A stretch of 57,767 nucleotides of DNA from Candidatus Methylomirabilota bacterium (GTDB lineage Bacteria > Methylomirabilota > Methylomirabilia > Rokubacteriales > DASRDR01), in contig DASYUM010000147.1 of the NCBI GenBank assembly GCA_036001225.1, positions 1 to 57,767 on the forward strand, written 5' to 3'. The notes beneath the pieces were generated by a model. It ran no database searches and had not been told where the DNA came from. It worked only from the letters and a program-made list of their open reading frames with translations. The position numbers and the translations under genes were made by a program. This document shows positions 41,425 through 53,085 of the stretch, piece after piece; positions within the stretch are counted from its first letter, which is position 1, and each line of letters starts with the position of its first letter.

Positions 41425-42263
41425 CCGGGCACGACCCCGGTCGCCGCGTAGAAGTTCAGGCTCATGAAGAAGTCGCCGCGGGCGGCGGCGGCTTCCGCCT
41501 GCGCCAGCCACCCGCGCCCCTCGGCGGCGGTGATGACGCGCCGCCGCCTGGTGAACGCCACGCGCCGCTCGAGGAGCGAGCGCACGTAGCTGTCGTAGGT
41601 CGGCTCGACGACGACGAACGCCCGGCCGCGGACGCGCCGAAGCCCGGCGGCCCGCAGCCGCCGCAGCAGGCCGCGCCCGCTCCAGGGATTCGGGTAGAAG
41701 CGCTCGGCGTGGCCGTCGATGATCCGCCGGGTCAGGGCCCGGTCGGGCAGGTCGATCACCAGTGTCCCCAGATCCTGATCGAGGACGGCCACCCGGCCGC
41801 CCGATCGCGTGACCCGGACCATCTCGGCCAGCACCTGATCGCTTCGTGGCACGTGGAGGAGGACGGTGACCGCGACCGCGGCGTCGAAGGCCCTGGCCGC
41901 GAACGGCAGCCGGCGCCCGTCGGCCACCCGGAAGCGGCAGCGCGCGCCCGCTCGGCGGGCGCGGCGCCGCGCTTCGGCGACGAACGCCCGGCTGGGGTCC
42001 ACGCCGACGACCGCGCCACGAGCGCCGACGCGGGCCGCGATGTCCCGCGTCACCACGCCGGTCCCGCAGCCGAGGTCGAGAACGCGAGCGCCCGGGCGAA
42101 TGCCGGCGAAGGCGAGGAACGCTCGGCGAAGCCGCCGCTGGTGAGGCTGGGCCCCCCGCAGCTCGAGGAAGCGGGCGAACTCGAGCGGCTCCGGCTGGGC
42201 GTCGATGGCGAGGTAGGGATCGGGAGATCCTCTCCCGGTAGACGAGGACGAAGAGGATGGCAT
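41421..42263 (-). CDS. Class I SAM-dependent methyltransferase
   Basis: 280 aa with motif I VLDLGCGTG and the post-I/II pattern (GVDPS, FDAAV). Confidence 0.75.
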   Translation of the reverse strand: MPSSSSSSTGRGSPDPYLAIDAQPEPLEFARFLELRGAQPHQRRLRRAFLAFAGIRPGARVLDLGCGTGVVTRDIAARVGARGAVVGVDPSRAFVAEARRRARRAGARCRFRVADGRRLPFAARAFDAAVAVTVLLHVPRSDQVLAEMVRVTRSGGRVAVLDQDLGTLVIDLPDRALTRRIIDGHAERFYPNPWSGRGLLRRLRAAGLRRVRGRAFVVVEPTYDSYVRSLLERRVAFTRRRRVITAAEGRGWLAQAEAAAARGDFFMSLNFYAATGVVPG

Positions 42264-42325
42264 CGGCGCGGCGACCGCGCCGATTCTAGCAGGCCCCGGA
42301 CGAAGCTTCTAGCCCGAGGCGAGGA

Positions 42326-42583
42326 TCAACTCGGCAGCTTGAACTTCTCGGCGCAGGCGGGGCTGCAGAAGTAATAGGTCACCGGCCCCGCCGTCCGGGC
42401 AATCGCGGTGCGCCGCGGTACGTAGGTCGCGCACACGGGGTCCTTCACCAGCTCGTCCCGGAGTGCTCGGGGCCCGCCGGGACGCCTGACCCCGCGGAGC
42501 CCGGCCAGAAACCCGGCGACGGCGGCTCGGATGAGGAGGTAGATCAGGACGGCGAGGACGGCGAGAAGGAGCAGCCGGAGCAA
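42326..42583 (-). CDS. Small membrane-anchored protein with a C-terminal Cys motif (zinc-ribbon/TRASH-like)
   Basis: 85 aa with a TTG start, one N-terminal TM helix, then DPVCATYVP...YYFCSPACAEKF. Confidence 0.5.
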   Translation of the reverse strand: MLRLLLLAVLAVLIYLLIRAAVAGFLAGLRGVRRPGGPRALRDELVKDPVCATYVPRRTAIARTAGPVTYYFCSPACAEKFKLPS

Positions 42584-42604
42584 AGCGCGGGCGCCGTGAC
42601 CCGA

Positions 42605-42979
42605 CTATCCCCCTTCCGGCCGCATATGGAGCGACTTGAGGAAATCGCGGTCCAGCTTGGTCAGCTCGAAGCGGAGGTCGCTCGAGTCGGCGGCGGGGGC
42701 GGCGCCGATTTCCCGGACCATGTACGTCGCTTCCTCGTCCTCGGTGGCCGGCGCCTCGGCCTCGGTGCTCTCGCCGTCTTCCCCCGGCTCGCCGTCACCG
42801 TCGCCGGCCTCGGCCGACTCCGCCGATTCGGCGTTGGCGACGAAGAACAGCCGCGCCTCGTACCCGTTGCGCACGAGCTCGGCCAGCGCCTCCCGGACCT
42901 CGGAAGAGGTGGAAAGGGACGCCTCGACGGCCTGCATCAGCTTGGCCATGAGGTCGCGGACCGCTTCATCCTTGTCCAT
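42605..42979 (-). CDS. Hypothetical acidic protein
   Basis: 124 aa from ATG 42979 (GAGGG 5 nt upstream), with a central Glu/Asp/Ala-rich low-complexity segment. I recognise no family. Sequence upstream in the 333-aa track ORF overlaps the SDR gene and is rejected. Confidence 0.4.
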   Translation of the reverse strand: MDKDEAVRDLMAKLMQAVEASLSTSSEVREALAELVRNGYEARLFFVANAESAESAEAGDGDGEPGEDGESTEAEAPATEDEEATYMVREIGAAPAADSSDLRFELTKLDRDFLKSLHMRPEGG

Positions 42980-43041
42980 CCAGGCCCTCGAATTCAGGAT
43001 AAGCTGCCCCCCCTCGACTGTCAAATTCCGAGTCACCGGGC

Positions 43042-43887
43042 TCACGATGCGGCGCCCTTTTCGGGGCGACGCAGGATCGCCGCTTCCAGCCGGGCGAAGC
43101 GGCGTTGGAGCGGCTCTCGCCCCTCTTGGTGGGTAATCGCGTAGAGCTCGCCGGCGCGGACGGCCTCCAGCGCCTGCTCGGCGACCGCCTCCGGCGTCAG
43201 CGTGCGTCCGATCAGCGTGATGGGCTCGGCCGGCGGCCGGCCTGGCGGGTTCACCAGCGCGGCCGGCCGCGCCCGTTCGGCGTCCCGGATCCGGGTCGCC
43301 ACGCCCATCGGGCAGAGAACGGTGACGCCGATGCCGTGAGGCTTGAGGTCCTTGGCCAGGGTCTCCGACAGACCGACCACCGCGTACTTGGTCGTGTTGT
43401 AGATCCCGAGCCCCTGAGAGGCGACGAGGCCGGCCATGGAGGCGGTGTTGAGGACGTGCCCGCCCGGGCCCTGGGCGATCATCCGGGGCAGGAAGGCCAG
43501 CAGCCCGTGGATCACGCCCCACAGGTTCACCCCGACGACCCACTGCCAATCCTGGAGCGTCGCCGCCTCCAGCCCGCCGTGCACGGCGACGCCGGCGTTG
43601 TTGCACAGGAGGTGGACGGCCCCGAAGCGGCTGAAGGCGCGGTCGGCCAGAGCGTGCACGGCGGCGGCGGCGGCGACGTCGGTCGGGACGGCGAGGGCCT
43701 GGCGGCCGTGCCCGGCCACGCCCCGGCAGGTCTCGGCCATGCCGGCTTCGTCCACATCCGCCACCACCACGTGGGCGCCGTCGCGGGCCACCGCCAGGGC
43801 GAGCGCGCGGCCGATCCCGCTGCCGCCGCCGGTCACCACGGCCACCCGGTCGCGGAAGGTCGAGAGCGGGGAGGCGGCGGCCGCCAT
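43042..43887 (-). CDS. SDR-family oxidoreductase
   Basis: 281 aa with TGGGSGIG, NNAG and YNTTKYA motifs. Confidence 0.85.
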   Translation of the reverse strand: MAAAASPLSTFRDRVAVVTGGGSGIGRALALAVARDGAHVVVADVDEAGMAETCRGVAGHGRQALAVPTDVAAAAAVHALADRAFSRFGAVHLLCNNAGVAVHGGLEAATLQDWQWVVGVNLWGVIHGLLAFLPRMIAQGPGGHVLNTASMAGLVASQGLGIYNTTKYAVVGLSETLAKDLKPHGIGVTVLCPMGVATRIRDAERARPAALVNPPGRPPAEPITLIGRTLTPEAVAEQALEAVRAGELYAITHQEGREPLQRRFARLEAAILRRPEKGAAS

Positions 43888-43899
43888 CGGAACCCCGGC

Positions 43900-44271
43900 T
43901 CAGCCTTCGCGGCGCGCGGCGAAGACGGCGACGGTGAAGATGCCGCTGACGGCCCCGTTCACCATCCAGTACCAGGCGGCACCGTTGAACCCGCGCACGA
44001 ACGCCTGGGCGAGGATGGTCACCAGGAACAGCGCGGGCAGCGCGAGGTAGGCCGGCGTGAGGCCGCGATAGCGCGCGAGGTCGGCGGCGATCTGGATCTC
44101 GAGCCCGGCGAGGACGACGAACGCGATGCCCAGCGCGCGGAGGATGTAGTTCTCCGGCAGCGGCAGCTGCTGGGTCACCATGGTCGTCCAGCGGGGCACG
44201 AGCAGGTAGGGAAGCCCGTACAGCAGGAGCACGACGGCTTGCGCCAGCATGACGATCTTGAGCGTCTTCAT
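43900..44271 (-). CDS. Small integral membrane protein (4 TM), hypothetical
   Basis: 123 aa from ATG 44271 (GGAGG upstream) with four hydrophobic helices. Confidence 0.5.
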   Translation of the reverse strand: MKTLKIVMLAQAVVLLLYGLPYLLVPRWTTMVTQQLPLPENYILRALGIAFVVLAGLEIQIAADLARYRGLTPAYLALPALFLVTILAQAFVRGFNGAAWYWMVNGAVSGIFTVAVFAARREG

Positions 44272-46453
44272 GGGGCCTCCCGCGCGGGCGAAGATCCGGC
44301 GCGCTTCGGCGCGAGTGTAGGCGGGGGGCGCGAGGCTTGTCAACGGCGGGACGGCCGCCCGCCGCCGCTTCTGCTAGAATCGCCGGCGCGATGGGGCGCT
44401 ATCGCCTCGGCATCGACATCGGCGGCACCTTCACCGACCTCGCCCTCCTCGACGCCGGCGGCCGCGTGCGGTTCGGGAAGGTGCTCACCACGCCCGACGA
44501 TCCGCTGCGGGGCCTGCTGGAGGGCATGCGGCTCGTCCTCGGCGAGCAGGGGGCGCCCCCGGCTGACCTCGCCCACGTCCTCCACGGGACCACGCTCATC
44601 ACCAATGCCGTGATCGAGCGGCAGGGCGCACGCACGGCGCTCCTGACGACGGCCGGCTTCGAGGATGTCCTCGAGATCGGTCGCGAGCAACGCTACGACC
44701 TCTACGACCTCGAGATGCGCCGGCCGGAGCCGCTCGTCCGCCGCCGGCTCCGGGTCGGCGTCGCCGAGCGCACCGACCACACGGGCGTCGTGCGGCTCCC
44801 GGTCGACGAGGCGAGTCTCGGCCAGGCGATGGCGGCGCTACGGGAGGCGGGCGTGGCCGCGGTGGCGATCTGCTTCCTCCACGCCTATCGCAATCCGGCC
44901 AACGAGCGACGGGCGGCCGAAGCCGTCCGCGCCGCCCTGCCCGGCGTGACCGTGACGACCTCGTCGGAGGTGCTGGCCGAAATCCGCGAGTACGAACGGG
45001 CCTCGACCACCGTCCTCAACGCCTACGTCCAGCCCCTGACCCGCCGCTACCTGGGCCGGCTCACCAGCGGCCTGGCGGGCGCCGGCGCCGATCACGCCGC
45101 CGTCCACGTCATGACCTCGAGCGGGCACCTCACCACCACCGACGAAGCGGAACGCGTCCCGGTGCGGCTGATCGAGTCGGGGCCGGCCGGTGGCTGCCTG
45201 GCCGCCGTCTTCCACGGACGGCGGGCCCGGCTGCCCGACCTGGTCGCCTTCGACATGGGCGGCACGACCGCGAAGGCGTGCCTCATCCACCGCGGCCAGC
45301 CGTTCATGACGAACGAGCTCGAGGTGGCCCGCGTCCACCTGCAGAAGAAAGGTAGCGGCTTGCCGCTCAGGATCCCGGCCATGGACCTGATCGAGATCGG
45401 GGCCGGCGGGGGGTCCATCGCCGGCGTCGATCCCCTCGGGTTGGTTGCTGCGGGTCGGGCCGCGCAGCGCAGGCGCCGATCCGGGACCGGCCTGCTACGG
45501 TCGCGGGGGGAAGGAGCCGACGGTGACCGACGCCGACCTCCTCCTCGGCTATCTGGCCCCTGACCGGTTCCTCGGCGGCGCCATGCGGCTCGATGCGGAG
45601 GCGGCCCGGCGGGCCGTCCACAGTGTCGCCGACCCGCTCGGTCTCGACGTGGTCGAGGCGGCGGCCGGCATCCACCGCATCGTGAACGAGAACATGGCCA
45701 GCGCCGCCCGCATCCACGTCCTGGAAAAGGGCAAGGACCCGCGCCGCTATCCGCTGTTCACCTTCGGCGGCGCGGGGCCGGTCCACGCCCACGGCATCGC
45801 CCGGCTGCTGGGCACCGCCCGGATCGTCGTTCCCCGGGGAGCCGGCGTGACGGCGGCCCTCGGGTTCCTCGCGGCGCCGATCGCGGCCGACCAGGTGCGG
45901 ACCTACCTGGTCCGGCTGGATCGGACCGACTGGACGCGCGTGGCCGCCCTCTTCCGTGACATGGAGGCGGCGGCGAGGGCGACGCTGCGCGCGGCCGGCG
46001 TGCCGCGGCGGGCGATCCGGATCGAGCGGGCCGCCGACATGCGCTACGCCGGCCAGGGGTTCGAGGTGACGGCGCCGCTGCCCGGCGGACGCCTCGGGGC
46101 CGCGCGCGCCGGAGCGGTGGCACGGGCGTTCCTGGCGACCTATCGCGAGCGCTACGGGCAGGCGACGCGCGATCAGCCGCTGGAAGTCGTCTCCTGGCGG
46201 GTGCGCGCCGCCGGCCCCCTGCCCCGGCTCGCGCTCGAGCCCGCGCCCCGCGGGCGCGACGCGGGGCCGGCGCGCACGGGGCGGCGGCCGGCGTATTTCG
46301 GCGGGCGCTTCGTGGCGACGCCGGTCTACGACCGGGCGCGGTTGGGGGCGGGGGCCACGCTGCGGGGGCCGGCCATCATCGAGGAGCGCGAGTCCACCCT
46401 CATCGTGCCACCCAGCGCCCGGCTCACCATCGATCGCGGGGGGAACGCCGTCG

Positions 46454-47860
<1,407 letters not shown>

Positions 47861-47934
47861 GATCGAAGCCTCCCGGTCTCAGTGTACCCGGGCGCCGGCC
47901 GGCCATCCACAAGCACGCCAAGTTGAAGTAAGCT

Positions 47935-49593
47935 ATGGCCGGCCTGAGGCCGGCCATGACGGCAACCCGGCGTCCCCTCGATCCCGTCACCACGTCCATC
48001 CTGTGGGCTCGCCTGCTGGCGGTCGTGGACGAGGCGGCCGCCACCCTGATCCGGACCTCGTTTTCCACCATCGTCCGCGAAGTGCACGACATGACCCAGC
48101 TCCTCACCGACGACCGCGGGCAGACGCTCGCGCAGTCGGCCGTCTCCACGCCGGGCTTCGTGGGCACCACCGCCGGCGGCGTGCGGCGGTTCCTCGAGCT
48201 GTACGGGCGCCGCTGGCGGCCCGGGGACGTCGCCATCACCAACGACCCCTGGGTGGTGACCGGGCACCTGCCCGACGTGACGGTCGTCAGCCCCGTCTTC
48301 CACCGGAGCCGGTTGGTCGCCTTCATGGCCAACACCGCCCACATGACGGACATCGGCGGGACCTACTTCGGCGTCAACACGACCGAGGTCTTCGAGGAGG
48401 GCCTCCGCATCCCGCCGGTCAGGCTGGTGACGGCCGGCCGCCCGGTGGAGCCGGTGTGGGCGATGATCCGGGCCAACGTGCGCGCGCCCGACCAGGTCAT
48501 CGGCGACATCCGGGCCCAGGTGGCGGCCAACGCGCAGGGGCAGCGCGCGATCTCCGCCATCATGGCCGACTATGGCCTGACCGACCTCCGCGGGCTGGCC
48601 CGGGCCATTCACGACGCCAGCGACCGCGCGCTGGGGGCGGCGCTCGCCGAGGTGCCCGACGGGATCTACCACGCCGAGGCGACGGGCGACGGCTACGGCG
48701 AGCCGTTCACGGTGAAACTCGCCCTCGGCGTCCGGCGCGGCCACCTTCACTTCGACTTCACCGGCTCCTCGCCGCAGCAGCGCACCCCGATCAACGCGGT
48801 CCTCCAGTACACGCGCGCCTACGCCGCCTTTACCACGAAGTGTGCCTTCGTCCCCGCCATCCCGAACAACGAAGGACTGCTTCGCCGGATCGCCCTGACC
48901 GCACCCCCCGGCACCATCGTCAACGCGGCGGAGCCGGCCCCGGTCCAGTCGCGCCACGTCCTCGGCTTCGTGCTCCAGGGCGCGGTCTTCGCCGCCCTCG
49001 CCCAGTGCGCGCCGGCCCACTGCCAGGCCGACAGCGGGACGCCGCCGCCGATCCTCACCTTTTACGGCAGCCGGCCCGACGGCACGCCCTTCGTGACCTT
49101 CGAGTTCGTCAATGGCGGCGTCGGCGGCAAGCTCGCCGGGGACGGACGCTCGACCACCACGTTCCCGTCGAACATCGCGAACCTGCCGATCGAGGTGCTG
49201 GAGTCGATCGCGCCCGTCCTCTACCTGGAGCAGCGGCTCATCCCGGACTCGGCCGGGGTCGGGATGCACCGGGGCGGGCTCGGCCAGCGGAAGACCTTCC
49301 GCGTCGAGCACCCGATGATGGCCTCGCTGATCCTCGACCGCTTCCGGCACCCGCCACCGGGCGTGCTGGGGGGTGGCGCGGGGCGGCGGGCCGACGCCCG
49401 GTTCGCCGACGGGCGGGCGGTGACCATGAAGAGCGTGCTGGGCCTTCAGCCGGGCGACGTGCTCACCCTCGAGTCCGCGGGCGGGGGTGGCTACGGCGAC
49501 CCTGGCAAGCGGCCCGACGACCTCGTGCGCCGCGATCTGGAGGAAGGCTACGTGACACACTGGCCAGGCTGGGACGGAGGGAAAGGCAAATGA
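47935..49593 (+). CDS. hyuB: Hydantoinase B / oxoprolinase family protein
   Basis: 552 aa with DPVTTSILWARL, ITNDPW..GHLPD and typical HyuB length. An alternative start is ATG 47956. Confidence 0.85.
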   Translation: MAGLRPAMTATRRPLDPVTTSILWARLLAVVDEAAATLIRTSFSTIVREVHDMTQLLTDDRGQTLAQSAVSTPGFVGTTAGGVRRFLELYGRRWRPGDVAITNDPWVVTGHLPDVTVVSPVFHRSRLVAFMANTAHMTDIGGTYFGVNTTEVFEEGLRIPPVRLVTAGRPVEPVWAMIRANVRAPDQVIGDIRAQVAANAQGQRAISAIMADYGLTDLRGLARAIHDASDRALGAALAEVPDGIYHAEATGDGYGEPFTVKLALGVRRGHLHFDFTGSSPQQRTPINAVLQYTRAYAAFTTKCAFVPAIPNNEGLLRRIALTAPPGTIVNAAEPAPVQSRHVLGFVLQGAVFAALAQCAPAHCQADSGTPPPILTFYGSRPDGTPFVTFEFVNGGVGGKLAGDGRSTTTFPSNIANLPIEVLESIAPVLYLEQRLIPDSAGVGMHRGGLGQRKTFRVEHPMMASLILDRFRHPPPGVLGGGAGRRADARFADGRAVTMKSVLGLQPGDVLTLESAGGGGYGDPGKRPDDLVRRDLEEGYVTHWPGWDGGKGK

Positions 49594-51164
49594 GGGCGCT
49601 CCGAAGGGTCGGTCTCGTGCTCCTGCTCCTGGCCGCGGCGGGCGCGGCCGTCGCCGCCACGCCGGCCGACGTGCTGATCGTGGCGGTGAGCGGCGATCTG
49701 GTCTCCATCGACCCGCCGTTCTCCTCGGGGGCACCGTTCCAGAACGAGGTGATCACCAATCTCTACGACTACCTGGTCGAGTTCGGCACCAAAGGCGACG
49801 GCAAGGGCGGCATGATGGGCGACTTGAACAGCTTCGCCGGCAAGCTCGCCCAGTCGTGGACGGTCTCGCCCGACGGCACCAAGGTGACCTTCAAGCTCCG
49901 GCCAGGGGCCAAGTTCGCCAGCGGCGACCCGGTCACCGTCCAGGACGTGAAGCACACCTACGACCGCATCTTCGGGGTGAAAGCGGTCACCGCGGCGCTC
50001 ACCAAGATGGCGGCGGTCGAGGGGCCGGAGTCGATTCGCATCGTCGACCCCCAGACCCTCGAGTTCACGCTGGCCAAGGGCAACCCCCTCCTGTTCGGCA
50101 ACATGGCCCAGTACGGCCACGGCGTGACCCAGGAGAAGGCCCTCAAGCCGCACGGGGCGCCCGACGACCCGTGGGCGACCAAGTGGCTCAGGTCCAACGA
50201 CGCCGGCGGCGGGCCGTTCGCCCTCGAGCGATGGACTCCGGGCGCCGAGATCGTGTTGCGCCGCAACGAGCACTACTGGGCGGGTCCGGCCAAGCTCAAG
50301 CAGGTCGTCTTCAAGATCGTCCCCGAGGCGGCCACCCGCACCCTGCTGCTGCGCAACGGCTCGGTCGACGTCGCCACCGACCTCCCCTTCCAGGACGTGC
50401 TCGCGCTCCAGGGGGACCCCAACGTCCAGGTGCTGTCGTTCCCCTCCACGATCGTGAAGTACGTGGCCATGAACGTGAAGACCCCGCCCTTCGACCAGGT
50501 CAAGGTGCGGCAGGCCGTCGCCCATGCGGTGCCCTACGAGACCATCATGAAGGAGGTCGTGAAGGGCTTCGGCCGCCAGCTCAAGGGGCTCGCCCCCGAG
50601 GGGATGCTCACGGCCGATCCCTCGCTGTGGCGGTACGCCACCGACACCGGCAAGGCGAAGCAGCTCTTGAGCGAGGCCGGACTGGCCTCCGGCTTCAAGA
50701 CGACGCTCACCGTGCGGACCGGCTTTCCCGCCGACGAGCAGATCGCGGTCTGGATCCAGTCCGCCCTCCGGCCGCTGGGGGCGGAGGTGGCGATCGAGAA
50801 GCTCCCCCTGGCCGGCTTCACCGACCGGATGCGCAAGAAGGAGATGGCCTTCTTCGTCCACGAGTGGCTCTCGATCAACAACGACCCCTTCTACCACTAC
50901 TTCTGGCTGGCCCAGCCCGGCTGCTGCAACTACGCCAACTACGACAACCCCCAGGTGACCGGGCTGATCAAGGAGTTCATGCTGACCACCGACCAGAAAG
51001 CGCGGGCCGAGGCCAGCCGTCGCGTCCAGCAGCTGTTCATGGAGGACGCGCCGTGGGTCTTCCTCTACCAGCCCGACGTCATCGTGACCATGCGGAAGAA
51101 CGTCCGCGGGTACATCTACTGGCCCGACCGCTACACGCGCTACCACTCGATCTCCAAGCCGTAG
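49590..51164 (+). CDS. ABC transporter substrate-binding protein, family 5
   Basis: 524 aa from ATG 49590 (ATGA overlap with the hyuB stop). It has a signal peptide LLLLAAAGAAVAA and family-5 motifs (RNEHYWG). Confidence 0.85.
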   Translation: MRALRRVGLVLLLLAAAGAAVAATPADVLIVAVSGDLVSIDPPFSSGAPFQNEVITNLYDYLVEFGTKGDGKGGMMGDLNSFAGKLAQSWTVSPDGTKVTFKLRPGAKFASGDPVTVQDVKHTYDRIFGVKAVTAALTKMAAVEGPESIRIVDPQTLEFTLAKGNPLLFGNMAQYGHGVTQEKALKPHGAPDDPWATKWLRSNDAGGGPFALERWTPGAEIVLRRNEHYWAGPAKLKQVVFKIVPEAATRTLLLRNGSVDVATDLPFQDVLALQGDPNVQVLSFPSTIVKYVAMNVKTPPFDQVKVRQAVAHAVPYETIMKEVVKGFGRQLKGLAPEGMLTADPSLWRYATDTGKAKQLLSEAGLASGFKTTLTVRTGFPADEQIAVWIQSALRPLGAEVAIEKLPLAGFTDRMRKKEMAFFVHEWLSINNDPFYHYFWLAQPGCCNYANYDNPQVTGLIKEFMLTTDQKARAEASRRVQQLFMEDAPWVFLYQPDVIVTMRKNVRGYIYWPDRYTRYHSISKP

Positions 51165-51259
51165 CGATGGAGGTCCGCGACAACCCCGACGATCTCCACT
51201 TCGGCGAGATGGAAGCCATCCGAGGACGCCTGGGCACCACCGGCTTCTGATCCGGCCGG

Positions 51260-52273
51260 ATGACCCGCTACCTCCTGCGCCGGCTGGCCCTCCTTCCGCT
51301 CGCGCTGTTCGGCGTCAGCCTGGTCACCTTCGCGCTGACCCGGATCATCCCCGGCGACCCGACCGACCGCCTGGTGGGAGCCGCGTTCCTCACCGAGGAG
51401 CGGCGGGCCGAGATCCGCCGGGAGTACGGGCTGGACCGCCCGCTGGCCGCCCAGTTCGCGGCCTATCTGGCCGGCCTGGCCCGGGGCGACCTCGGCACCT
51501 CGTTCCTGACCAGCCGGCCGGTGGGGGCCGATCTGCGCCAGCGCTTCCCGGCCACCCTCGAACTGACCGCGGCGGCCATGCTCTTCGCCGTCGTCCTCGC
51601 GGTCCCGCTCGGCGTGGCGTCGGCGGTGTGGAAGGACTCCTGGCTCGACCACCTCGGGCGCGTGGTGGCGGTGCTGGGCGTCTCGATGCCGGTCTTCTGG
51701 TCGGGGCTGATCCTCCTCTACCTCTTCTTCTTCCGCTGGCCGTGGGCGCCGGCGCCGATCGGCCGGCTCGAGCCTCACCTCCTGGCTCCGCCGTCGGTCA
51801 CCGGCCTGGTCACCATCGACGCGCTGCTGGCCGGGGACGGCGCCGTGCTGGGCGGCGCGCTGCGGAGCCTCGCCCTCCCCGCGCTGGCGCTCGGGCTGGC
51901 GGCGATGGCCCCGCTCGCCCGCATGGCCCGGGCGACGATGCTGGAGGCGCTCGGCTCCGACTACGTGCGGGCCGCGCGCGCGCTCGGTCTCGCCGAGGGG
52001 ACGGTGGTCGTGCGCCACGCGCTCCGCACCTCGCTCCTCCCCGTCATCACCATGATCGCGGTCGTCTTCGGCTATCAGCTGGGGGGCGTCGTCCTGGTGG
52101 AGGCGGTCTTCGCCTGGCCGGGGCTCGGCCAGTACGCCTACCACGCGGTCGCCAACGCCGACTATCCGGCCGTCCAGGGCTTCATCCTCTACACCACCAC
52201 GATGTACATCGCCCTCTTTCTGATCGTGGACCTCCTCTCCGCCGTCCTCGACCCGCGGGTGCGCGCGACGTGA
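51260..52273 (+). CDS. ABC transporter permease (DppB/OppB type)
   Basis: 337 aa with MTRYLLRRLALLPLALFGVS at the N-terminus, six TM segments and the conserved EAA-type loop (SDYVRAARALG). Confidence 0.85.
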   Translation: MTRYLLRRLALLPLALFGVSLVTFALTRIIPGDPTDRLVGAAFLTEERRAEIRREYGLDRPLAAQFAAYLAGLARGDLGTSFLTSRPVGADLRQRFPATLELTAAAMLFAVVLAVPLGVASAVWKDSWLDHLGRVVAVLGVSMPVFWSGLILLYLFFFRWPWAPAPIGRLEPHLLAPPSVTGLVTIDALLAGDGAVLGGALRSLALPALALGLAAMAPLARMARATMLEALGSDYVRAARALGLAEGTVVVRHALRTSLLPVITMIAVVFGYQLGGVVLVEAVFAWPGLGQYAYHAVANADYPAVQGFILYTTTMYIALFLIVDLLSAVLDPRVRAT

Positions 52274-53085
52274 CGCGGAAGGGCGACGCGGTCACCCTCA
52301 CCGGGCTGGCCATGACGCTCGGCCTCGTCGTCCTCGCCCTGCTCGCGCCGTGGATCGCCCCCTACGATCCGTACGCCACCGATCCGGCCCGCGCGCTCCG
52401 GCCGCCATCGGCGGCGCATCCGTTCGGCACCGGCGTCTTCGGTGAGGACATCCTGGCCCGCGTGATCTGGGGGGCACGACTCGACCTCCTCATCGCCGCC
52501 GGTGCCGTCGGCATCGCGCTGGTGCTGGGCGGCGCGCTCGGGGCCGGGGCCGGATTCCTGGGCGGATGGTCCGACGAGGGGATCATGCGGGGGATGGACG
52601 TGCTCCAGGCCTTCCCCAACTTCATCCTGGCGTTGGGGATCGCGGCCGCGTTGGGGCCGAGCGTGCCGAACCTGGTCCTGGCCATCGCGCTGACCAACGT
52701 GCCGATCTATGCCCGGCTCATGCGGAGCCAGGTGTTGACCCAGCGGACGGCGCCCTACGCGCTGGCCGCGGTCGGCGTGGGCAATCCGACCGCGCGTGTC
52801 CTCTTCGTCCATCTCCTGCCCAACACCTGGTCGCCGATCCTGGTGCAGGCCACGCTCCAGTCCGGGTGGGCGATCCTCCAGGCCGCCGGTCTCTCCTTCA
52901 TCGGCCTCGGGGTGCCGGTGCCCACCCCGGAGTGGGGCGTGATGATCGGGATGGGCGTGCAGCAGGTGACGGCCGGGCAGTGGTGGATCGCGTTCTTTCC
53001 GGGCCTCGCCATCATGGCGGCGGTCATCGGGCTCAACCTGCTCGGAGACGGCCTCCAGGACTGGCTGGATCCCCGACGGAAGTGA
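52270..53085 (+). CDS. ABC transporter permease (DppC/OppC type)
   Basis: 271 aa. GTG 52270 overlaps the upstream stop. FGTGVFGEDILARVIWG motif present. Confidence 0.85.
   Translation: MTRKGDAVTLTGLAMTLGLVVLALLAPWIAPYDPYATDPARALRPPSAAHPFGTGVFGEDILARVIWGARLDLLIAAGAVGIALVLGGALGAGAGFLGGWSDEGIMRGMDVLQAFPNFILALGIAAALGPSVPNLVLAIALTNVPIYARLMRSQVLTQRTAPYALAAVGVGNPTARVLFVHLLPNTWSPILVQATLQSGWAILQAAGLSFIGLGVPVPTPEWGVMIGMGVQQVTAGQWWIAFFPGLAIMAAVIGLNLLGDGLQDWLDPRRK

Noticed and set aside
42980-43606. Upstream 209 aa of the 333-aa ORF 42605-43606
   Set aside because: It overlaps the well-supported SDR gene 43042-43887 in another frame, and its translation is Arg/Gly/Pro-rich. Only the part downstream of ATG 42979, which has an SD, is retained, and with low confidence.
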